Below are positions 35,630-43,923 of a DNA stretch of 64,000 nucleotides, one piece after another. The stretch comes from Candidatus Latescibacterota bacterium. Lineage in GTDB: Bacteria; Latescibacterota; UBA2968; UBA8231. A program made the position numbers and the translations under genes. The notes beneath the pieces were generated by a model. The model saw only the letters and a program-made list of their open reading frames with translations, had not been told where the DNA came from and ran no database searches. Numbering within the stretch: the stretch's first letter is position 1; the number at the start of each line of letters is the position of its first letter. The stretch is taken from contig OZ244561.1 of NCBI GenBank assembly GCA_965217585.1, positions 6,112,001 to 6,176,000 of the forward strand, read 5' to 3'.

Positions 35630-37819
35630 CTAATACACCACGGCTACAGTCCCGCTCATTTCTTCACTTCCGGTATCGGTGTCGACCGCCAGGCTGAACA
35701 GGTATATCCCGGGCGGCACCACCTTCTCCGACAGGTCCGTGCCGTCCCAACGCCACGAGTACCTGCCGCTTTTGTAGTTTTTCACCTCTTCTTTGACGAG
35801 CCGGCCCGCAAGGTCGTACACCCGCACGGTAGTTCTGGCCCCGTCGATCAGCCTGGTGAGATCGTAATTAATCGTGGTGTGGTCGTTGACCTCATCGCCG
35901 TTGGGCGTGAAGACCTCGGGGCTAGCCGCGACATTGATCAGGAAGCTCCCTTTTATCGGCGCCTTTACCACCAGGTCCGCCGGATTGCGCAGGAGCGCGC
36001 TGCCGCCGCTCACTTCGAGCGCGTTGCCCCCGGTCGTCTCCTGGGGAAAGCCTGCCGGATCGTCGGGCAATGCCCTGCCGGAGAACGCCGTTCCGTTTCG
36101 CAGTACGGTGCCCTTGAAGTTTATGCGCAGGAGCGCCGGATTTCCCGCTTCTGGACGGCTGTCCCGTATCCCGGGGAAACGGATCCTGAAGCGATCGTCC
36201 GCTACGAGATCTATGCTGAATTTCCCTTTGACCAGAGGCCCGGCCAGATCGGCGAGCGATTCCTGCGAGAAATCCTCGGCCATGCGGGTCCCGTCCGCCA
36301 GGGACAACTCGACGGCGCCGATCGATGCCACCTGCACGGGGGTGGTGACTTCGAACGAACTGAATCCCAGATCGGAAGCCGTTCGTATATCGGGCACGAC
36401 GGCGTATGAAAACTCCGTGATTTCCCCCAGCTCGGTTTCGCGCGGGGATATCTCGGCTATGACCTCCCGGGCCAGGGACTGGGTGGAAAAATCGAAAGAC
36501 AGGGAGCCGACACCCTTGGCGGAAAAGAGGTCTTCACTGGAGAAATCCACCTTGAACTGGAAGTAGCGGCGCGCTCCCGGCGAGAGGATTTTGACGCCCC
36601 CCCGTCCGGCTTCCATCTCTTCCGCCGTCACGGCTCCGGCGGGAGAATAAGGCGGTGTCCACGGACTCCAATCCTGGATATCGTCGCGCACTAGGCCTTT
36701 TTCCGCGGTCTTCAGTTTTCTGTAATCCTCCTCGGTGAGGGCTATCTCACTCCTCTGTTTTAGGGACAGATCTTTGAACAGGACCAGGGCTTTCCGCACC
36801 CCTAGGCCGGGATGGTCGAGGAGGGTTGTCAATTCCCTTTCATCCGACCCTTCGTCGAATGCGTCCGCCTTCTTCCAGGGCACGGACTCTTGATCGAGAT
36901 CGGTCCTGACGCGGTTGAATACTACGGGCGTGTCGTCCATGCCGCTTCTCGTGCTTATCTCAAAGCGCGACCTGCGGGGATCGCCCAGACTTTCCTCTAC
37001 CCAGCGCAGGTTTCCCCACAGGGCCAGACGCTGGTCCCGCCCCAGCTCGAACACGTCGGACAGGTAGGACGCGACCGGCACGAAACCCTCGCCAAAGACC
37101 TGGACTTCGGCTATTTCAAAGCCGATGGTCGTGTGCGACTTGATGCGGATGAAGCGGACGTACTGGGGGTCTATCGGCAGGTCCACCACTGGATCTTCGT
37201 TTTGCAGGTCGAGCCGGACGCTGGTGAATATCGGCAGTCCGCCGCTCTGCGTCTCCTTCCTCCCGTCGTTGAGCAGGATCTCGTAACCCCTCAAGTAGTC
37301 GTCCTGAAAAGGGAGGTTGGGAGCGGGGAAATCCGGATGGGCGTTGCGCGGAAAAAAAGCGATGCGGCTCACCCCGAAGCGGGCCCCGAGGTCGAGTTGG
37401 ACGACCACGCCGAGGGCGTTGATCCGCCGGATCGAGGTGCTCTTTCTCTCGAAGGCGGTACTGCCGTTATCGTCTATGGCGGTCAGCAGTTCGGCATCGA
37501 GGTTTTCCAGCAGAGTGGGCGCTGTTACCGCACCTCCTCTGTCGAGGAGTCCCAGCGCGATGTTCTCCGTCACATCCGCGCTGGTGGGGAATATCCAGTT
37601 TTCTCTGAAAGCGAAATTGACGACCCCTCCAGGGGTATTTCCGCGGCCCACTTCTTGGGGACCTGCCACGAATACGGGGGCGATGTGTCCGCCGCCCTCT
37701 TGCCAGGGCCGCCCTCCTTCTCCGCCGAGGCGGATGGTGTCTCCCCGCGCTTTGCCGATCGATCCGGGGAAACCTATCAAGCCGGTCAGGATAACCGGGA
37801 CTAGACGAGGAATCAGCAC
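35630..37819 (-). CDS. Family A secreted FlgD-Ig protein, subtype alpha
   Basis: GAAAGGA RBS then GTG 37819 giving a signal peptide; NIALGLLDRGG, DLGARFGVSRIAFFPR shared with 8119-9864; WSPWTPPY; FTPNGDEVND; ends AVVY. Confidence 0.74.
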   Translation of the reverse strand: MLIPRLVPVILTGLIGFPGSIGKARGDTIRLGGEGGRPWQEGGGHIAPVFVAGPQEVGRGNTPGGVVNFAFRENWIFPTSADVTENIALGLLDRGGAVTAPTLLENLDAELLTAIDDNGSTAFERKSTSIRRINALGVVVQLDLGARFGVSRIAFFPRNAHPDFPAPNLPFQDDYLRGYEILLNDGRKETQSGGLPIFTSVRLDLQNEDPVVDLPIDPQYVRFIRIKSHTTIGFEIAEVQVFGEGFVPVASYLSDVFELGRDQRLALWGNLRWVEESLGDPRRSRFEISTRSGMDDTPVVFNRVRTDLDQESVPWKKADAFDEGSDERELTTLLDHPGLGVRKALVLFKDLSLKQRSEIALTEEDYRKLKTAEKGLVRDDIQDWSPWTPPYSPAGAVTAEEMEAGRGGVKILSPGARRYFQFKVDFSSEDLFSAKGVGSLSFDFSTQSLAREVIAEISPRETELGEITEFSYAVVPDIRTASDLGFSSFEVTTPVQVASIGAVELSLADGTRMAEDFSQESLADLAGPLVKGKFSIDLVADDRFRIRFPGIRDSRPEAGNPALLRINFKGTVLRNGTAFSGRALPDDPAGFPQETTGGNALEVSGGSALLRNPADLVVKAPIKGSFLINVAASPEVFTPNGDEVNDHTTINYDLTRLIDGARTTVRVYDLAGRLVKEEVKNYKSGRYSWRWDGTDLSEKVVPPGIYLFSLAVDTDTGSEEMSGTVAVVY

Positions 37820-38145
37820 AAGTCCTTTCCTTCTTGTTTGACAGCTTTCTCCATCTGGATGGCGAGTATGGCACGCCGCTTGCGCCCGGAATCGTGGATG
37901 GGTTATCGACGAACTGCATCGCGGCTCGGCGACGGGGGATGGGGGGCTCAGTCCCAATTTTGAGATAATATATATTAAGATAGTATTTATTACAGGAGCA
38001 AGCTTTTTGCGCACTTTGTCCCGCCCCGTCCGGCGGCGGCTGGACAAAGCTTTGAGGAGCCGTCTGAAAATCCCGGTGAGCCCCGAGCGCGGGCGAAAAG
38101 GTCGGCCTTGCCGGCGGGCGTTTTCAAGCGGCTGCAAAGGGAGCA

Positions 38146-39870
38146 TCAATCGGCTCCGGCGGCGAGTTCGAGCTGGTTTTCCCGGATGGTCACCTCGGCG
38201 GCGTATTTTTCTCGCAATTCCGCCAAATACTGTTCGAATATCACCTGCTTCCTCAGCCATTTCACCGTCGCTTCGACGCGCTTTTTGACCTGCGCGAAAC
38301 TCTGGCTCCCTTCCTCTCTGGAGACCACTTTGAATACTGAATACCCACCCTTTACCTCGACGGGGCCTGTGAGTTCCCCCAGCGGGGCCTCCTGGGCGGC
38401 GCGTACCAGGCGGCTGTAGCGCGCTCTTTCGAAGTCGTGGATGTGCATATTCCCCTCTTCGTCCTGCTGCTCGGCCGGCCGCGTGGAATGGGTCCTGGCC
38501 AGTTCGCCCAACGAGGCACCGCCGCGGATCTGCGCCGCCAGACTCCGGGCCTCTTCCTCTGTCTCTACGAGGATCTCCTGCAAGTATAGCTCGGGCCTCG
38601 CGAAATCGTCTCGATGGCTGTCGTAGTAGGACCGCACCTCCTCGGCGGTCACCGCGAGTTCGTCCTCCATCAATTGCTCCCGGAGTACGATCATCAAGAG
38701 CTGTTCGCGCCGTTCGTCGAGAGCCCGGGCTACCGCCTCTTCCCTGTGTATCCCGGTGCGGAGAGCCGCTTCTACGATCACGGCGTTGGCGACCACGGTG
38801 CGGTCCGCAAAGGAGACGGCCTGGGCGCTGTCGGCAAAACCGGCGAGCGGCAGTTTTGCGGTCCTGGCCGCATCGATAAAATCCTCTGCGGTTATTTTTC
38901 CGCCGGAGTGTCTGTAGAGCGTGATACTGCGCTCTGCCGCGGTCTCAAAAGACGCTTGGTCGTCTATTTTTTCCAGAAAAAGGTGCCAGCCCGCCCGGTC
39001 TATTTCGACACCGTATTCACCCCTGAGCTTGGCCGCGATGGCCGCTCTCTGGTCGGTGTATTTCTCTATGTAGAGTGTCCGGTAGATTTTGCGCAGTACA
39101 TCGTCGTTGAGACCGAGGGTCGCCGCATCCGTGAGTTTGTAAATGGCAAAGCGATTTTCGCCGCGCTGCACGGGCTCCGATACCTCGCCCACCTCGAGGG
39201 AGAACAACGCGTCTCGCACGTCCGGAGGGACATCCAGCGGGGTGCTGTAAGCGCCCTCGTCGCCGCCTCTGGCCGCAGTCCGTGCGCCGCTCGAATACTT
39301 TTTGGCGACCTCGCTAAAGCTCTTGCCCGCCCTGAGTTCCCCCACGGCGGCCGCCGCTTTGTCTTCGCCTGCGACCAGTATTTCGTCGAATCTGACCGCC
39401 TTGGACAAACCTTCTCTTTCGAAGTATTCCGCCACTTCTTCCCGGGTTATTTGCACCTTTATCTCCCTCGCCTGGAAAACGGCCAACAGTCTTTTCTCTT
39501 TGAACCGGCGCATGTTCTTTAAAAAGCGGGGACTCTGGTCGATGCCTTGGTCTAGGGCCTCCAGCGCCAAAAGCTCCCTGTCGATCATGGTCTGCAGGTG
39601 GTTCCTGAAGCGTTCTATCCCCGTTTTTTCGCTCTGGAGATATTTGGGGATGTCGCGGCTGAATGCCCGAAATTGTCTTAGGGTGATCGCCCTGTCCCCT
39701 ACTTGGGCGATTATCGGATCTGGGTCCGGGACCGCGGCCGACTCCTGCTTTTCTTCCGCACAGTAGGTGCCGACGAGCAAAAGCGCCGCCGGGACCAGTC
39801 CCATTCTGCCGGTCCTTTTTACGACAGTGGAGATATGGGCTATTTTTCGATATCTATTGCGTTGGTCCAT
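38146..39870 (-). CDS. PpiC/parvulin-type peptidyl-prolyl isomerase (SurA/PrsA-like), copy 2
   Basis: IIAQVGDRAIT, FDEILV...FSEVAKKYS...GEVSEPV, second domain LQEILV...GELTGPVEVKGGYSVFKV; hydrophobic N-terminus with Cys; exact start uncertain (39870 or 39804). Confidence 0.82.
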   Translation of the reverse strand: MDQRNRYRKIAHISTVVKRTGRMGLVPAALLLVGTYCAEEKQESAAVPDPDPIIAQVGDRAITLRQFRAFSRDIPKYLQSEKTGIERFRNHLQTMIDRELLALEALDQGIDQSPRFLKNMRRFKEKRLLAVFQAREIKVQITREEVAEYFEREGLSKAVRFDEILVAGEDKAAAAVGELRAGKSFSEVAKKYSSGARTAARGGDEGAYSTPLDVPPDVRDALFSLEVGEVSEPVQRGENRFAIYKLTDAATLGLNDDVLRKIYRTLYIEKYTDQRAAIAAKLRGEYGVEIDRAGWHLFLEKIDDQASFETAAERSITLYRHSGGKITAEDFIDAARTAKLPLAGFADSAQAVSFADRTVVANAVIVEAALRTGIHREEAVARALDERREQLLMIVLREQLMEDELAVTAEEVRSYYDSHRDDFARPELYLQEILVETEEEARSLAAQIRGGASLGELARTHSTRPAEQQDEEGNMHIHDFERARYSRLVRAAQEAPLGELTGPVEVKGGYSVFKVVSREEGSQSFAQVKKRVEATVKWLRKQVIFEQYLAELREKYAAEVTIRENQLELAAGAD

Positions 39871-40019
39871 TTTTCACTGACTCTCCTTGCCGCACGACGA
39901 TTCTGCCGGACTGCGCTGCGCCTGAAGATATATGGCAGGTTAGGACGGAGGTCAAACCGTCGGCGGAGCCGCGCCTCAGCTCCGCCGGACTCGCGTGCCA
40001 GGTCCTGTGGGCGGATGGA

Positions 40020-40049
40020 TTGACACGCCGCCCGTTGGGGTTGTACAAT
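40020..40049 (+). promoter_or_regulatory. sigma70 promoter upstream of oxidoreductase
   Basis: TTGACA-18 nt-TACAAT. Confidence 0.65.
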
Positions 40050-40161
40050 GTCGAGGTGGGCCGGCCGGGAAAGGGTGCTGCAGAACGTAGCCCAGCCGAT
40101 CCCGAGACTCAGTCCCCAGTAGACAACGCAGATACCCACCAAAATTCGAGGTGATTGGATT

Positions 40162-41184
40162 ATGCCCTCGCGCAAACTTCACCGCATAGGGGTCCTGACC
40201 TGCCATCCCACCCATCACCACATGCCGAACATCTACGGCCCCCTCATTCAGTGCGTGCCGATGCAGGAAGACTACACCCCGACTCGCATGACCGGCATGG
40301 AACTGACCCATATCTGGGACCACGATCCCCAACGGGTGGAGAGCTTCTGCGCCAAATTCGGCACGGTCCCGGTGGAACGCTACGACGATATGGTGGACAA
40401 AGTGGACGGCATCATGCTCACCAATTTGTGCGCGGGCGACTATTTCCACCTGCTCGCGGCACCTTATTTGCAAGCGGGCATCCCCGTTTTCTTCAATCGC
40501 TGTTTTACGCCGCGGCTCGGCCAGGCCCGGGAAATCGTCGAGCTTTCGCAGAAGCACGGCACCCCCATCATCGTCGCTTCCGCCTGGGAGTACACGGAAG
40601 GGGCGTACGCCCTCCAGGAAGCGGCCGGGCAGTTCGGCCTGTCCGAGATTCGCGGTATAACGGCTTATAACTCCTCCAACGAGATCACCCACGATGTCCA
40701 CGGCCTGTGGCTGGTTCTGGCCGCTGCCGGTGGCGACATTGAGAGCGTTGCGGTGCACCGGAGTATAACGAGCATTTACGAGCACGGCTCCGACACTTGG
40801 ACGGTCAAGTTCAGACAACGCGACGATCATCCTGTATTCTACGCCACCATACACAATACGGTCGCCTTCGGCGGCAATGCCTCGATGAGGATAAATTTCC
40901 GCAATACGGTCTACGAACAGGCCCTGCCGTGGGGCGGGACCAGGGAAACCCGTATGCAGTATTGCTTCATACCTCCTCTCCTGGCCTTCCAGCGCATTAT
41001 CGAGGGGCGGGGTATGGAGCAATCGCACGACCACATCCTGGAGAAAACGGCGGCATTCCTCGCCGGGTTTAAATCGCATCTCGAGCTTGGCGGAAAAGAG
41101 GTTTTGCTCGCCGAACTGGACGACGAGTTCTATGTCGCGGGCGATCCTCAACCCCTCACATACCCCGACGCCGTGTTCGATTAG
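40162..41184 (+). CDS. Gfo/Idh/MocA-like oxidoreductase (divergent)
   Basis: RIGVL...THIWDHD...DMVDKVDGIML...HLLAAPYLQAGIPVFFNR Rossmann-like N-terminus. Confidence 0.62.
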   Translation: MPSRKLHRIGVLTCHPTHHHMPNIYGPLIQCVPMQEDYTPTRMTGMELTHIWDHDPQRVESFCAKFGTVPVERYDDMVDKVDGIMLTNLCAGDYFHLLAAPYLQAGIPVFFNRCFTPRLGQAREIVELSQKHGTPIIVASAWEYTEGAYALQEAAGQFGLSEIRGITAYNSSNEITHDVHGLWLVLAAAGGDIESVAVHRSITSIYEHGSDTWTVKFRQRDDHPVFYATIHNTVAFGGNASMRINFRNTVYEQALPWGGTRETRMQYCFIPPLLAFQRIIEGRGMEQSHDHILEKTAAFLAGFKSHLELGGKEVLLAELDDEFYVAGDPQPLTYPDAVFD

Positions 41185-41267
41185 CAGGCCGACTTCTCCG
41201 GTCCGCGATCTATGACCACTGATCCGTCCGGGAACAAAAGTCGATTGTGACGATGAAGCGAATCTCA

Positions 41268-43835
41268 ATGAATGGATTGAGCCTCATTCTCTATACCCTG
41301 CTACTCAGCGCCACGGTCTGGGCCCAGGGCTATCGCCTTGAGCCGAACCAGTTGGTCATCAGCGAGAGCGACTGGCCGGGGTGGAATTTCCCCGCAGGCA
41401 GTGTGGATTTTAGCGCCGAAGGGGTGCGGCCCCATTTTGTGCGGCGGCAGATCAATGCCGCGCTGAATGCGGGCGCTTTCAGTCGCGAGGACGTGACCGG
41501 GGGCATCCGACGGGCGGGGACCAATTTCGCCGGGGCCGCGCAGCTCATGGACGGTCTGGAAGAAACCTACTGGGAGCCGGAGCTGGCCGCGCCGTTGCGC
41601 GACTGGTGGGTCGAGGTGGATTTGGGCCGGGTGGTGTGGGCCGAGAAAGTGGTAGTGAAATTTGTCGCCGAAGGGGCGGGCGATCCGTTTTTGCAGTTCA
41701 AGGTGCTCACCTCCAATGGCGATGAAGCCTTCCAGGGTAGTGAGAGCCTGAACTACCGGGTGGCCGGTCGCAGCGAGGGGTTGAATAAGACGCAGCGGGT
41801 TTTCGAATATGCTCTGCGTCCTTTCAAGTCGGCGGATCCGGGTTTGAGTGGAGATCTGATCCAGTATGTGCAGATTGTGGCCACGGCCAGCGATGGCCGT
41901 CGTGGGGCGGAGGTCAGCGCGTCTGGTTGGGAGGGCTTGGCGGCGGCGGATCGGGGGGATGTGCTGTATTTCCGCCGGGAGTCGTCGGGGGTGGAGCGGG
42001 AGGTGGCGCAGGAGGAATACGAGACCATAAGCGATGCCCAGTTGCAGGGTCCGATCCGTTATTATCGTTCGGAGCGTCCTCGGTTGGCGGAAGTGGAGGT
42101 GTGGACGGTGGGGGAGAATATTGGTTTGGGCTGGAAGGAGCGCGGGGGGTCGATCGAGGGATTTGGGGAAGCGGGCGGACAATCCAATGCAGTCGACGGC
42201 GATTATACCACCGTCTGGAGTGCAGAAGCGGGATTTTCCACCAAGGGCTTGGGCGGTCGAGATGACGATTTCACTGTGTTGATCAAGAACCGGGATCGGG
42301 ACCTCTTATTGGACCTGGGCACCTGGTACTGGGTCGATCGCGCCTTTATCGTCTATGGCAGTGCCACATTCCCCAATTATGTGCTCAATTTTTCGGATGG
42401 CAGTCTGGCACCCGATGGCAGCCAGATCTTTACCTCCGTGGTTGCGCGCGGCAGAGACGATGTCACGCTTGGCAGCGAGGCCCGTGCGCCCGCCGGGTCG
42501 CTGCCGACGAACACGTTCATGCAGGACAATATCTTCTCCTCTATCAAGGGTCGCTTTTTCAGGTTCGACTATCGCGTCGTCACTACCGGGTTGATCCGTT
42601 CTGGTATAAAGGAGCTTCTGCTCTATGGCTCTGGTTTTCTGCCGCAGGTCACCCTGCAAACGCCAGCGATCGAGTTGGGAGATACCCCCCGCATCCTTTC
42701 CACCATCTCCTGGGAGGCCCAAACGCCGCCCGACACCCAGCTACAGATCCGCACCCGAACCGGGAACCGACTCACCGTGGACAAGCATTTCTACGACAAA
42801 CAGGGCGTTGAAGTGGACGAGGCGGCCTATCGCAAGATGCTGTCGTTTCTGCGCGGGGATTCGACGGTCGCCTTTGTGCCCGACGAGGCGGACTGGAGTC
42901 CGTGGAGCCAATTCTACGAGCAACCCGGCGTGGCCATCACCTCGCCCAGTCCGCGGCGCTATATAATGATTGAGGCTGGCCTGCTCTCGGACGATCCCAA
43001 CCAATCCGCGGTGTTGCGCAACCTGAATATTGGTCTGAGAGATCCATTGGCCCACCAAATTCTCGGTGAAGTAACGCCCCGCACAGCCCAACAAAGCGGT
43101 CAACCCGAGGAGTTCACTCTGTTGCTGACGATCCCGCCCAATGAGGAGGGTTCGTCGGGTTTGGGATTCGATCAGGTGCTCTTTGAAGTGCCCCCGAGCG
43201 CCGAAATGGAGTTGGTGGATGTGCGGATGGGCTTGGCCGCCGACCTGACGGCGGGGGGCGGTCAGGTGTATGGGGCGGACGAGCTGGAGGTAAAGGCCGG
43301 GTCTGATTCGTTGTGGGTGCTCCTGCCCGGGGTGGTGCAGTCGGCCGAGTCTCAGGTGGTGCTGCGATTTTCGAGTGTGTTTTATCTGGTGAGCAATGCG
43401 TTTCTGGTCTCGGTGGGTCTGGGGGAGGAGGCTGTGGTGTGGCAGCGGGTGGACGCGACGGCTTCGGGGGAGGGGCTGACGGTGCTGACGCCGGTGGTGG
43501 GTGGACTGTTAGGCGATCTGGAGGTTGTAGGGAATCCATTCACGCCGAACGGAGATGGCATCAACGATGCGGTGAAATTCGTCTTTCCCATATTTAAGAT
43601 GCCGGGTCAGACGGCGCTGGTATTGGCGGTCTACGGTCTCGATGGGGCGCTAGTGCACCGTTCGGCGCAGTCCGTAGCGCACGCCGCTGGTGTTCAGGAG
43701 GTGAGTTGGGACGGCCGGGACCGGGATGGAGTGCTGTTGCCGCCTGGCTTGTATATCTGCCGGGTGGGTCCAGAGGTGGACGCAGAGAGTATCGGCAAAT
43801 CTACAGTGACCACCGTCGTGGCCAGTGTGTACTGA
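41268..43835 (+). CDS. Family A secreted FlgD-Ig protein, subtype gamma; near-duplicate of 14594-17146
   Basis: Long stretches identical to 14594-17146 at DNA and protein level; ends ASVY; ATG 41268 chosen by alignment. Confidence 0.78.
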   Translation: MNGLSLILYTLLLSATVWAQGYRLEPNQLVISESDWPGWNFPAGSVDFSAEGVRPHFVRRQINAALNAGAFSREDVTGGIRRAGTNFAGAAQLMDGLEETYWEPELAAPLRDWWVEVDLGRVVWAEKVVVKFVAEGAGDPFLQFKVLTSNGDEAFQGSESLNYRVAGRSEGLNKTQRVFEYALRPFKSADPGLSGDLIQYVQIVATASDGRRGAEVSASGWEGLAAADRGDVLYFRRESSGVEREVAQEEYETISDAQLQGPIRYYRSERPRLAEVEVWTVGENIGLGWKERGGSIEGFGEAGGQSNAVDGDYTTVWSAEAGFSTKGLGGRDDDFTVLIKNRDRDLLLDLGTWYWVDRAFIVYGSATFPNYVLNFSDGSLAPDGSQIFTSVVARGRDDVTLGSEARAPAGSLPTNTFMQDNIFSSIKGRFFRFDYRVVTTGLIRSGIKELLLYGSGFLPQVTLQTPAIELGDTPRILSTISWEAQTPPDTQLQIRTRTGNRLTVDKHFYDKQGVEVDEAAYRKMLSFLRGDSTVAFVPDEADWSPWSQFYEQPGVAITSPSPRRYIMIEAGLLSDDPNQSAVLRNLNIGLRDPLAHQILGEVTPRTAQQSGQPEEFTLLLTIPPNEEGSSGLGFDQVLFEVPPSAEMELVDVRMGLAADLTAGGGQVYGADELEVKAGSDSLWVLLPGVVQSAESQVVLRFSSVFYLVSNAFLVSVGLGEEAVVWQRVDATASGEGLTVLTPVVGGLLGDLEVVGNPFTPNGDGINDAVKFVFPIFKMPGQTALVLAVYGLDGALVHRSAQSVAHAAGVQEVSWDGRDRDGVLLPPGLYICRVGPEVDAESIGKSTVTTVVASVY

Positions 43836-43923
43836 GAGTCTAGCGCAAATTCCTCCCGGCGTTGCCGCTTTGAGCAAGGGCGACCATTAAAAGGAATCGT
43901 GTGGTTTCCTCGACAGGCACCTT

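Noticed and set aside
37820-38260. N-terminal 147 aa of the 876-aa ORF 35630..38260
   Set aside because: Overlaps the PPIase gene end and an AT-rich promoter-like region; an RBS plus GTG at 37819 gives a signal peptide matching the paralogue at 8119
39890-40160. Possible ncRNA or riboswitch in the hairpin-containing divergent intergenic region
   Set aside because: Only one GC hairpin (39961-39987) and a clear promoter are visible; no recognisable riboswitch or tRNA consensus
14594-43835. Diversity-generating retroelement TR/VR pair explaining the duplicated A-gamma genes
   Set aside because: No reverse transcriptase in the window; differences are not adenine-specific and include indels; both copies are full-length genes
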